Assembly (NCBI GenBank): GCA_964404805.1
Contig: CAYOLJ010000002.1
Coordinates: forward strand, 1-34,779
DNA from: an uncultured Candidatus Peribacteria bacterium
GTDB taxonomy: Bacteria > Patescibacteriota > Gracilibacteria > Peribacterales > Peribacteraceae
Direction of reading: 5' to 3'
Length of the DNA stretch: 34,779 nucleotides
The notes beneath the pieces are model-generated. The model worked only from the letters and a program-made list of their open reading frames with translations. It did not search any database and had not been told where the DNA came from. A program made the position numbers and the translations under genes. Position 1 is the stretch's first letter, and every line of letters starts with the position of its first letter. This document shows positions 1-9,300 of this stretch, piece by piece.

Positions 1-765
1 ATCGCTCTGCTGCGACCGGATTTCCAAATCCAAAACGCGTATTACGGCTTCGTACTGCGAATGGGAGAAATGAGTTTTCTCATCCCTACGTTCTTGCTCA
101 ACTCCATCTTGCCCATCGTGAGCGAGCGCAGAGAGAATGGTAAGGATACTCGTGACCTTTTAGGAAAAACATTCCTCGTCCTTCTTCTTTTGGGAACAAC
201 CGCCGGACTTTTTGCTGCGCTGTGGCCACGACCGCTCATTGCCCTGCTCACGACACGGGAATATCTCTCGACAGTGGATCATCCCGGTGCCGACACTGCC
301 CTCCGTCTCGCCAGTGTGCCAATGTTCCTCTACGGATTCATTCTCTTTTCGTTTTATATGGCATTGGTGCACGGGGAATGGCGGCGCCTGCTCGCCACTC
401 TCACTATTGGGGCCATTATCTCGGTGAGCAGTAACATGCTTCTTATCCCGCAACTCGGATTTGTCGGCGCGGCGACAACGGCCATCATTGTGCAATCACT
501 CTTAGTGAGCCTTCTCCTCCCTGCCACGCTCAAATACTCACGACCGTACTTTCCTCCATGGGCTTTTTTGCGTTGGTTTATCTTCACGCTCCTTCTTGCG
601 ATGATCCTCTGGCTCACGCGACCATTCCTTGCAAATGATTACCTGACATTCCTCGGGCTTGCCCTCGCCAGCCTTGTACTGGGAATTCTGCTCTGGGCTA
701 CGGGATTCATAAAGCTTCTAAGGGCTCTACATCGCCATTCGCTCGGCCTTGGGGAAACAGGCTGA
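1..765 (+). CDS. MOP-superfamily flippase, C-terminal part (MurJ/MviN-like); 5' end lies outside the window
   Basis: Frame 1 is open from nt 1, with no stop before the ATG at 61. The product is a series of hydrophobic helices (FLVLLLLGTTAGLFAAL, GFVGAATTAIIVQSLLVSLLL, FIFTLLLAMILWL, LALASLVLGILLWATGF) like the last TM segments of MurJ/Wzx flippases. Stop TGA at 763-765. Confidence 0.55.
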   Translation: MALLRPDFQIQNAYYGFVLRMGEMSFLIPTFLLNSILPIVSERRENGKDTRDLLGKTFLVLLLLGTTAGLFAALWPRPLIALLTTREYLSTVDHPGADTALRLASVPMFLYGFILFSFYMALVHGEWRRLLATLTIGAIISVSSNMLLIPQLGFVGAATTAIIVQSLLVSLLLPATLKYSRPYFPPWAFLRWFIFTLLLAMILWLTRPFLANDYLTFLGLALASLVLGILLWATGFIKLLRALHRHSLGLGETG

Positions 766-768
766 ATC

Positions 769-777
769 TGCTATAAT
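769..777 (+). promoter_or_regulatory. extended -10 promoter element TGCTATAAT
   Basis: Exact TGnTATAAT match 24 nt upstream of the ATG at 802. The same motif class recurs at 9588-9596 (+) and 13433-13441 (-). Confidence 0.45.
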
Positions 778-801
778 AGTACGAAAGACACACCCAATCC
801 C

Positions 802-2175
802 ATGACTCGCCGAACTCTCTTCGCACTTGCTCTTGTCTGGGGCTTCATTGTCCCAGCATCTGTGTTTGCAGAAATGCCAGGGACCGTAACCGGCCTGCAG
901 GCTTACGGGCAGGATGATGGCTCCGTCATCGTGGAGTGGGTCCAAGTCGAAGGAGATATCGCCGAATATCGTGTGTATTTCAGCCAGAAATCCATTCTGG
1001 AAAATGATGGGTACTACGATGCTGTCGAAACGACCGAAGGTCCTGTCTCCATGCATATTCTCCAAGATGTTCCGTCAACATTCTCAACTGTGTACGTGAG
1101 CATAATGGCAGTGAATGCGTCAGGAGAAGAAAGCCCCTTCTTCACTGAAGAAGTGCGCGTAGACCGTGCAGTCAACCCGACATCCACTCCTTCATCTTCC
1201 GACCCCGATACTCCCGTCATGCCTCCAGCAGACACCCAGGCACCCATGTCTGCTTCTTCGGCACAGACAATGCCTCGCACAGATGCTCTGCATCTGCTTT
1301 CTGTACAAGCGCTCTCTGCGACCCGTGTCGTTCTTGCGTTTTCGGCAACGCCAATAATTGATCCTGCCTCTGCCCCCACTGCGTTTTCGATTATTGATTC
1401 GCAAGGATCCTCGCTACCTATCGAACAGCTCACTATTGATGGGAGAACTGCCATGGTGCAGACCATGCGTCAGGCCGCAGGAATGGTCTACCAAATGCGT
1501 CTGAGTGAGCCTCTTGCTGGTGAGGGAGGACTCATCCTTGACCCCATTGATCGCACGGCTTTCTTCACTGGGCATGGTACAGGGATCTCCCCTGAAGAAG
1601 CCGCTGCCCGCGCAGAAAGCCTGCCGCAGAATACTCCTTCTCAGCAGCCGACATCTCCTCTGCCAGGTATGTTGCAGCCTCAGACAGGAAGCCTACCCGA
1701 TGTGGTGAATTTCCGTCTCAATGCATCTCCGCAAAAAAATCAGCGCTTTATGGTGACCGGCCAGTGGGAGCTTGATCCCGCTACGCCCGATGGCGCCTTC
1801 ATTGTTGTGCGCCAGAGTCGTGATGGTGGCCGCACATTTAATACTCCAGAGTTTCTCTCTGGAGACCTAAACGGCGTGCAGATTCCCGATGTCACACCAC
1901 AGAACTTTGGTCTTGTGGTGTACGTAGCGAACGCCGAAGGAGAATCCTCGCCAGGTGTTTTCAAGGCTCTCTTCACTTGGAACACTCCTCAGCCGCCTGC
2001 ACCAGCCGCGGCAGTGGTATCAAGTGCATCCTCTCCCTCATCTTCTCCCTCATCTGTCACAGCACCTCCTACACCCAAAGTGAATAGCTTGTCGCAAACA
2101 GGGGCAGGCGCCATGGTTGGTATTGCCGCCCTCGGAGCACTTATGGGCTGGAGAAAGAGTAGGAAAAAGAAGTAG
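802..2175 (+). CDS. secreted cell-surface protein with FN3/Ig-like domains and a C-terminal LPXTG-like (LSQTG) sorting signal
   Basis: Signal peptide MTRRTLFALALVWGFIVPASVFA. FN3-like segments (PGTVTGLQAYGQDDGSVIVEWVQVEGDIAEYRVYF...MAVNASGEESP and VVNFRLNASPQ...YVANAEGESSPG). Pro/Ser/Thr linkers. C-terminus is LSQTG plus a hydrophobic stretch plus RKSRKKK. Confidence 0.75.
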   Translation: MTRRTLFALALVWGFIVPASVFAEMPGTVTGLQAYGQDDGSVIVEWVQVEGDIAEYRVYFSQKSILENDGYYDAVETTEGPVSMHILQDVPSTFSTVYVSIMAVNASGEESPFFTEEVRVDRAVNPTSTPSSSDPDTPVMPPADTQAPMSASSAQTMPRTDALHLLSVQALSATRVVLAFSATPIIDPASAPTAFSIIDSQGSSLPIEQLTIDGRTAMVQTMRQAAGMVYQMRLSEPLAGEGGLILDPIDRTAFFTGHGTGISPEEAAARAESLPQNTPSQQPTSPLPGMLQPQTGSLPDVVNFRLNASPQKNQRFMVTGQWELDPATPDGAFIVVRQSRDGGRTFNTPEFLSGDLNGVQIPDVTPQNFGLVVYVANAEGESSPGVFKALFTWNTPQPPAPAAAVVSSASSPSSSPSSVTAPPTPKVNSLSQTGAGAMVGIAALGALMGWRKSRKKK

Positions 2176-2202
2176 TTCGGTTTTTTCTCTCCCCTTTTCT
2201 CC

Positions 2203-2355
2203 TCTCTTTTTTTTCACTGAACCTCTCCCCCTAACCCCCTCTCCACGAGAGAGGGGGAATATGTATGTGTTTGTGATTGTCCCACTGTTTGAGGTACCCC
2301 CCTTCCTCCACAGGAGGAAGGGGGTCGGGGGGATGGAGGTTTGAAAAAAAAGAGG
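2203..2355. repeat. structured intergenic element: 14-bp outer stem enclosing two GC-rich hairpins
   Basis: Positions 2203-2216 (tctcttttttttca) pair with 2342-2355 (tgaaaaaaaagagg), with one G-U pair. Hairpin 1 is ccccctctc/cacga/gagaggggg at 2235-2257. Hairpin 2 is cccccttcctcc/aca/ggaggaaggggg at 2298-2324. A 35-nt homopyrimidine run at 2181-2215 extends into the 5' arm of the outer stem. Confidence 0.5.
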
Positions 2356-2368
2356 AAAGGGCTGGGGG

Positions 2369-3277
2369 ATGGAGGAAATTCCAGTAAATGAGACCGAAAG
2401 AAATGTGGCATTCCTAACCGAAAATTGTAAAGTAGCCTGCTCTATGCAAGTGCCTCCTCACTTTCGACGTCCGCTCCTCATCTGCTGCGTCATCCTTCTT
2501 GGGGCATCGCTCGTTCTCATCCGTGAGCTTAAGCGAATTCCCAAAGGGAATCTGACAGTGCAATTCTTTGATGTAGGGCAGGGCGACGCCGCCCTTCTCA
2601 CGACTCCCTCAGGAAAAACTGTGCTCATTGATGGCGGGCCCGATCTCTCTGCTCTGGAGGCATTGGGGAAAAGCCTACCCCTCTCGCGCCGATCCATTGA
2701 TCTGCTCATCCTCTCGCATCCCGACCCCGATCACTTCACGGCGTTCCCGGAGGTATTTCGAAGGTTCAAAGTAGGTGCGCTCCTGCTCCCTGCAATACAG
2801 AATGACGAAGAGCCGTATAAGGCATTGCTCGCAATCGCGCGCGAGCAGGGCGTACCGCTCGTTGCTGCAGACCCGCAGCGAGATATCGATCTACAGGATG
2901 GCGTAATGCTCGACATTCTCTGGCCTCCGAATCCCGTACGCGGCGCCGAGGACAATGACAACTCCATCGTATTCCGCGCAATCTACGGTACCGGATCCAT
3001 TCTTTTTACCGGAGACCTCAGTGAAAAAGGAGAGGAGGTATTGCTCGCTTCCGGCATCGACGTCTCGGCACAGGTGTTGAAAGTTGGGCACCACGGCAGC
3101 CGTTTTAGTTCCTCCGAAGAATTTCTTGCCGCCGTCCATCCCCGTCTCTCCATTATTTCTGTAGGAAGAGACAATGACTACGGCCACCCACATCCCGATA
3201 CTCTGCAACGGTTGCAAGATGCCCACATTCCCGTGCGCAGCACGGCCCAGGATGGGGAAATTCAGCTCGTGTTTTGA
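2369..3277 (+). CDS. ComEC/Rec2-family metallo-beta-lactamase-fold protein (stand-alone MBL domain with N-terminal TM anchor)
   Basis: TM segment LLICCVILLGASLVLI. Motifs VQFFDVGQGDAALLTTPSGKTVLIDGGP, LILSHPDPDHF and VGHHGS are typical of the ComEC C-terminal MBL domain. Alternative ATG at 2444. Confidence 0.8.
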   Translation: MEEIPVNETERNVAFLTENCKVACSMQVPPHFRRPLLICCVILLGASLVLIRELKRIPKGNLTVQFFDVGQGDAALLTTPSGKTVLIDGGPDLSALEALGKSLPLSRRSIDLLILSHPDPDHFTAFPEVFRRFKVGALLLPAIQNDEEPYKALLAIAREQGVPLVAADPQRDIDLQDGVMLDILWPPNPVRGAEDNDNSIVFRAIYGTGSILFTGDLSEKGEEVLLASGIDVSAQVLKVGHHGSRFSSSEEFLAAVHPRLSIISVGRDNDYGHPHPDTLQRLQDAHIPVRSTAQDGEIQLVF

Positions 3278-3318
3278 TGGGGAAGAACTGGCTTCTATAA
3301 GCCTTTAGAGCGTACGAT

Positions 3319-4623
3319 ATGCCCGTGAAAGTCTTTCTACTTCTCGCAGGCTTAAGCAAGCGCTTCTGGCCGCTGGCCGAAAAATCCCTCTTTCCTCTCT
3401 GTGGAAAAACCTTGCTTGAAATCCAAATCGAGCACCTGCGCGCCGCAGGCATCCAGGAAATAATCTTGATTGGAGGTAAACACAACATCGACCTCGCGCG
3501 TGCGGCGTGCCCTGACGTGCCTTCGATTGAACAAGAAGATCTCTCGCTCGGTATGCGCGGAGCAATGCTCAATGCCCTGCCAACCAGCAAAGAGCCTGTG
3601 ATGATTGTCGGAGGAAATGATGTCGTGGAACCTGCTGCCTACACAGCCCTCATTCAAGAGGCAACAACGAAAGGCGTTGATGGGGCGCTGCTCGCGAAGC
3701 GTGTTACGTCGTACTTTCCGGGAGGATATTTGGAGCTTACAGGGAATCGTATCTCGTCCATCATTGAGAAACCTGGCGCAGGCAAAGAGCCGAGTGATCT
3801 GGTCACTATTGTGGCGCATGTTCACAATCAACCGGCACTACTGCTCGATACTCTGCACAATGTGACAACGAACGACGACGACGGATACGAGCGCGCACTC
3901 GATACACTCTTTAAAACGAAGACGTACCACGCTGTGCCGTATGAAGGAGCTTGGCATCCAGTGAAATACCCCTGGCACCTGCTCTCCCTGCTGCAACATC
4001 AGCTTGCTGGGATCAGCAAGCCCGTCATCCATCCTACGGCCACTATCCACTCAACTGCCGTGATTGAAGGCAATGTCATTCTTAAAGAAGGCGTGCGTGT
4101 ATTCGCTCATGCCACAGTGGTTGGCCCGTGTGTCATCGGTAAGCGCAGTATTGTCGCCAATAACGCTCTTGTACGCGGTGCGAGTGTGGGTGACGATTGT
4201 GTTATTGGTTATTCTACAGAAATCAAATCGTCTGTACTGGCCTCGCATGTATGGACGCACATGACGTACATCGGCGATAGCGTCATTGGTTCGAATGTTT
4301 CTTTTGGGGGCGGGAGTCTTACGGGAAATTTGCGCTTGGATGAGGGAGACATTTCTTCGTTAGTAGGAGAGGAAAAAGTTTCTACAGGGCTCACGAAGTT
4401 TGGCGTGGTGGTCGGTGCCGATTGTCGCTTAGGAATTCGAACCATCATAAACCCTGGCATGAAGATTGGGGGAGGGACGTTCGTCGCAAGTGGGGTTCAA
4501 ATCAATAAAGACGTTCCTGAGCAGAGCTATGTTTCCATGCGGGAAGGGGAGATGTTCATCCGCGAAAATCGCATGTCCGTGCCTCTTCCTGAAGCGCGAA
4601 AAGGGTTCAAAAAAGGTATCTAG
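3319..4623 (+). CDS. sugar-phosphate nucleotidyltransferase with C-terminal left-handed beta-helix (GlmU/GCD1-like)
   Basis: N-terminal NTP-transferase signature (VFLLLAGLSKRFWPL...PLCGKTLLE). C-terminal hexapeptide repeats (VIEGNVILKEGVRVFAHATVVGPCVIGKRSIVANNALVRGASVGDDCVIG...). Confidence 0.75.
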   Translation: MPVKVFLLLAGLSKRFWPLAEKSLFPLCGKTLLEIQIEHLRAAGIQEIILIGGKHNIDLARAACPDVPSIEQEDLSLGMRGAMLNALPTSKEPVMIVGGNDVVEPAAYTALIQEATTKGVDGALLAKRVTSYFPGGYLELTGNRISSIIEKPGAGKEPSDLVTIVAHVHNQPALLLDTLHNVTTNDDDGYERALDTLFKTKTYHAVPYEGAWHPVKYPWHLLSLLQHQLAGISKPVIHPTATIHSTAVIEGNVILKEGVRVFAHATVVGPCVIGKRSIVANNALVRGASVGDDCVIGYSTEIKSSVLASHVWTHMTYIGDSVIGSNVSFGGGSLTGNLRLDEGDISSLVGEEKVSTGLTKFGVVVGADCRLGIRTIINPGMKIGGGTFVASGVQINKDVPEQSYVSMREGEMFIRENRMSVPLPEARKGFKKGI

Positions 4624-4655
4624 AAGAGAAAAAACGTACTTTTTGTGCAAAAAAG

Positions 4656-4980
4656 TTATCCACACACTTGTGGAAAGCGGAGGAGGGACGTTCTCCCCCC
4701 TCCACCACTCTTCTCCACGTAAAGCTTGGTATTTCCGCTCTATGAAGCTAAAAACCAGTTGTTTGACCTACTCTACATCTTCTCTTCTTCTTCTCCACAA
4801 GTTTTCCACACCTCCTCCACAATGAGAGAATCACCCAAAAAACGAGATTGGCTTGTAAAGAGGAAAAAATGAAACTATTACTCCCTCTTTCCACAGACTA
4901 CAATGGAACTCATGAATAGTTGTAGAGAGTCTACGATGATGACTAATTATATAAGTACCTTTTATTTATTTATCTACTAG
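4656..4980. other. DnaA-box cluster plus AT-rich tract (candidate oriC or DnaA-regulated dnaN leader)
   Basis: Perfect TTATCCACA at 4656-4664, with an inverted partner (CTTTCCACA on the minus strand) at 4669-4677. Further boxes: TTCTCCACG 4711-4719, TTCTCCACA 4791-4799, TTTTCCACA 4802-4810, TCCTCCACA 4813-4821, CTTTCCACA 4887-4895. AT-rich stretch gactaattatataagtaccttttatttatttatctactag at 4941-4980, directly upstream of dnaN. Confidence 0.5.
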
Positions 4981-4991
4981 GAACAAACCTT

Positions 4992-6173
4992 ATGAAGCTT
5001 CTGTGTAAAACCTCCGATCTTCTTCAAGCACTCACGCTCGTGAGTCGTGCTATTAGTGGGCAGCAAGCACTCCCAATTTTAGGAAACATTCTTCTTGAAG
5101 CAGAAGGAAAGCGCTGCAAAGTGAGCGCAACCGATTTAGAGCTGAGTATTGTCACAAGTTTTGAGGCGTCGATTGAGAATGAGGGTTCGATCACTATTCC
5201 TTCCAAAGCAATTCTTAACTTTGCTCAGTACAACTCCGATCAAGAAGTTCTTCTCGAAACCAGCGAAGGCACACAACTCAAGTGCACATCTAAACACGCC
5301 AAAACTCTCATCGCAGGAGAAGCGGCCAGTGAGTACCCCACCATCACCCCCATTGAGAAACAAATCACGTTCACTCTTGATGCGATTCCCCTTCTTGATG
5401 CACTTCATCATGTGACATTTGCTTCAACAAAAACATCGCTTCGTCCCGTGCTTTCCGGTGTTTACCTTCATGCCGAAAAAGGCCACCTTACCTTTGTCGC
5501 AACAGATAGTTATCGACTTTCGGAATACAAGATCCTCACAAAAGCGTCGAACATTGATATTTCTTGCATCGTCCCCACCAAAGTTCTTGAAGAGCTAAAA
5601 TCAATCCTCTCTTCACGTAAACCAGAACGCGAAGAGAAAAGTAAGGATGGTGAAAAGGAGAAAGAAAAGAAAGCCAAAGCAGAGCCAACACTTTTGCCTG
5701 TTGAAGTGGCACTCAGCAGTCAACAGATCGAAATTCATATCGGCCCTACACACCTTCTTTCTCGTCTCATTGACGGCCGGTTCCCCGACTACAAGCAAAT
5801 CATTCCTAAAGAAGAAAAGACTACCATTCACCTCTCTGTGCGCGAGCTTGTGCCTATCGTCAAACGTATGCATTACTTTGCAAAAGAGATTAACAACAAT
5901 CTCACCTTTAATTTTTCGAAAGAGTCCGTACATGTAAAAACCCCTCAAACCCAAGCAGGCCGGGACGAAGCGACGTTCCCAGCCAAAATAAAGGGTGATG
6001 TGAATAAGATCGCCCTCAGCTCCAGTTATCTCCTTGATTTTCTCAGCCATACTGATGGCGAGAGTGAGGTGGAGCTCACGCTGACCGATAGTATGCATCC
6101 TGCCGTGTTTCGCTTCCCCAGCAATTCACTCTATCTCCATCTCATTATGCCGCTTCGCATACAGGAAGATTGA
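4992..6173 (+). CDS. dnaN: DNA polymerase III beta subunit (sliding clamp)
   Basis: The N-terminus MKLLCKTSDLLQALTLVSRAISGQQALPILGNILLEAEGKRCKVSATDLELSI and the segment RPVLSGVYLHAEKGHLTFVATDSYRL are classic DnaN. Length is 393 aa, including a charged insertion. Confidence 0.95.
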   Translation: MKLLCKTSDLLQALTLVSRAISGQQALPILGNILLEAEGKRCKVSATDLELSIVTSFEASIENEGSITIPSKAILNFAQYNSDQEVLLETSEGTQLKCTSKHAKTLIAGEAASEYPTITPIEKQITFTLDAIPLLDALHHVTFASTKTSLRPVLSGVYLHAEKGHLTFVATDSYRLSEYKILTKASNIDISCIVPTKVLEELKSILSSRKPEREEKSKDGEKEKEKKAKAEPTLLPVEVALSSQQIEIHIGPTHLLSRLIDGRFPDYKQIIPKEEKTTIHLSVRELVPIVKRMHYFAKEINNNLTFNFSKESVHVKTPQTQAGRDEATFPAKIKGDVNKIALSSSYLLDFLSHTDGESEVELTLTDSMHPAVFRFPSNSLYLHLIMPLRIQED

Positions 6174-6215
6174 GATTGGTGGGGTGAATTTTGCAGTGGA
6201 AAATAAGGCATGACC

Positions 6216-6243
6216 TTGATTTTCTTCCTATTTCTTCTATACT
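6216..6243 (+). promoter_or_regulatory. possible sigma70-type promoter (TTGATT, 16-nt spacer, TATACT)
   Basis: TTGATT at 6216-6221 and TATACT at 6238-6243, about 100 nt upstream of the mfd ATG. This is a motif match only. Confidence 0.25.
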
Positions 6244-6344
6244 GACGCTGTCGACGCCTGGAAGAACAGGGCGACTCACATTCAGTATTCTCTCCTCATT
6301 TTTTGTGAGGGGAGTCAAAGTTTAGGTTCCTTAAACATCGTTTT

Positions 6345-9300
6345 ATGCAACCTTCTCTCCTCCTTGGGAGAGACACTCACCGGGAACTCAGCGAACTCCT
6401 GAAAAAGGAGCGTCGTCTTGTGCTTTCTGGAGCCAGTAATGAGACAGCGAAAGCGCTGCTTCTCTCACTCTTTCTCGAACAGCACCCACAGAGAACCCTA
6501 CTCCTCACTGGGCGAGAGGAGGAAACCGAAACACTCCAGCACTGGTTGCAGTTTTTTGACCAGGAAACTCATATCCTCCAACCAATCGAAAATGGAGAGG
6601 GTGAAGTACTCCCTGATGCTCTGCAGGTGTTTTTACAGTTTATGCAGGGGGAGGAGTCAACGAATGGAATTTTTCTGTGCGCGCGCGCGACGTGGGATCA
6701 GTCGTTTCCTCGGTTTGCGGAACTCATGGAACGGATACTTACACTCACGGTCGGTAGCGATATTCATTACACCACATTCATTGAAGATCTCATTGAGCGC
6801 GGATATCAGCACGGCGAAGATCTCTATCTCTCGCCCGGTGAATACCGACGCATTGGGGACGTATTCGACATCTTCCCTATTCAGTCCGACCATCCGTACC
6901 GCGTGTCATTCAATGTCGATCGTGTCGAGAAAATACTAACAGTGGATGCTGTCGATCTCTCGAAAACGAAAGACAACGAAAAGAAATTGCAGATTTTCCC
7001 TTTGCTCTATGAACACATGGTATCGCTGGCCGAACAGCTACCGGCAAAGGCACTTCTGGCAGTTGATGATCAGGATGATGTGGAGTTTCCGATGACGGCG
7101 ACGGCTCTACGGTTCACGCCGTTTCCGGAAACCGAAGATCACCACGCGCACTTGCGGTATCTCTCAGTATTGAAGTTCTACACGCTCACCGACTTTCTTA
7201 ATGATGTGCGCGATAAACTCACGCAAAAGTGGGCGATTTTCGTTGTGACCAAGCGATTGGATGAGTTGGAAAGCATTTGTAAGGAAGAACGCATTCCCTG
7301 TACGACGGAAGAGAAACGCTCACCGGGGACACTCACCTTGATCGGAGCGGAAGATGACGAAGTTCTCCCTCATTCACTACAAAATCCCGACCTCAAATTT
7401 GCCCTGCTCACGGATCGCGAGATTTTCTCACTCAAGAAAGCAGGCAAGCAACGCAGTATTCAGAAGCTTGCTCTCGATTTTATCACTTCGCTGGTTCCAG
7501 GTGACTACGTGGTTCATATGGAACACGGCATTGGTCACTTTGAAGGGATGACGCAGAAGGAGGTGGACGGGACAAATCGTGAGTATTTGGAATTAACCTA
7601 TGCCGAGGGTGACAAACTCTTCGTGCCTGTGGAGCAAGCAGATAAATTGAGTAAGTTCGTCTATGAGGAGGGCCAGGAACCGATTCTCACCCAGCTTGGG
7701 ACCAATGAGTGGAAGCGCGTGATGAAGAAAACAAAAGAAGAGACCGAGCAGATCGCAAAGGAACTTCTTCTCCTCTACGCCAAGCGCGCCAAGGCCAAGG
7801 GATTCGGGTTTGATGAGGATTCAGAGAAGCAGCGCAAGTTCGAAGAATCATTCCCGTACGAGGAAACACCAGGGCAGCGCAAGGCGATTGAGGATCTCAA
7901 GAATGATATGGAAGGTCCTCACCCGATGGATCGTCTTGTCTGTGGGGATGTGGGATTCGGTAAGACAGAAGTGGCCATGCGTGCTGCGTTCAAAGCTGTG
8001 CAGGGCGGTAAACAAGTTGCCGTTGTCGCGCCTATTACCATTCTCGCCGACCAACACTACCACAGCTTCCGCGAACGCATGTTGCCATTCGGTGTGCGGG
8101 TAGAAATGCTCAGTCGATTTAGAACGGTCAAAGAGCAAAAGGTCACGCTCGAGAAATTAAAGAAAGGACAGGCGGATATTGTCATTGGTACACATCGGCT
8201 TCTACAGGATGACGTGAAATTCCATAACCTTGGTCTCGTGATTGTGGATGAGGAGCAGCGATTCGGTGTGAAACAGAAAGAAAAGTTCAAGGACATGCGT
8301 GCGTCTGTAGACATTCTCACGCTCACAGCGACACCCATTCCCCGTACATTGAATTTAGGGCTCCACAAACTGCGCGACATCACTACCATCACTACTCCAC
8401 CTCCTGGCCGACTTCCCATTATCACTGAAGTCCGGCGCTATTCTAATTCTCTCATTCGTCACGCAATCATCTTTGAGCTCAATCGCAAGGGGCAGTCATT
8501 TATTCTCCACAATCGTGTCGAGACGATCGACGCCTTTGCTGACAAGCTTCGATTACTTATTCCTGAGGCCAAGTTCATCGTTGCACATGGGCAGCTCAAG
8601 GCCGATGATCTCGAGGCACGTGTTCTGGAATTCAAAGAAGGCAAGGTGGATGTGCTAGTGAGTTCAACAATTATTGAAAACGGTATCGACCTGCCGCGGG
8701 CCAATACGTTGGTCGTGGATCAGGCAGAACACTTCGGTCTTGCCCAGCTCTATCAGCTCAGAGGTCGTGTGGGGCGCAGTAAGGTGCAGGCGTACGCTTA
8801 TTTCCTCTATCATGGGCAGAGACTGCAGGACGACGCCAAGAAGCGTCTGAGGGCGATTGTGGAGGCCTGCGAATTGGGGAGCGGATTCCAAGTAGCCATG
8901 CGTGATCTCGAGATCCGCGGAGCCGGCGAGATTCTGGGGGCCAGTCAGTCGGGCACCATGAACACCGTAGGGGTGAGTCATTACCTGCGTATGCTCAAAG
9001 CAGCCGTGGAAGAGATGAAGGCCGGCGAGAAGAGCGAAGTCGAAGAAGAAATCTCTCCAGAGATTCTGTTGCCGGTGGAAGCCATGCTGCCTTCGTTCTA
9101 CATCACTGATGAACAGGAGCGCATCTCGGTGTACCAGAAACTTGCCGGCAGTGAAGATGAGGCGACGCTCAAAGAATTCGAAGAGGACCTACGTGATGAG
9201 TTTGGTGAGCCGCCACAACCAGTAAAGAACCTTCTTGCAGTGCTTCAGCTGAAACTCGTGTGCCGTCAGGTAGGAATTCTGCGCATCAAAATGGAGCACG

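Noticed and set aside
2117-2411. 75-aa (+) and 65-aa (-) ORFs in the 2176-2368 spacer
   Set aside because: They are translations of homopyrimidine and homopurine low-complexity sequence (poly Pro/Ser/Phe/Gly). They are better explained as a structured non-coding element.
4466-4825. 119-aa plus-strand ORF across the dnaN upstream region
   Set aside because: It overlaps the 3' end of the nucleotidyltransferase gene out of frame and is built from the DnaA-box repeats. It has no protein-like features.
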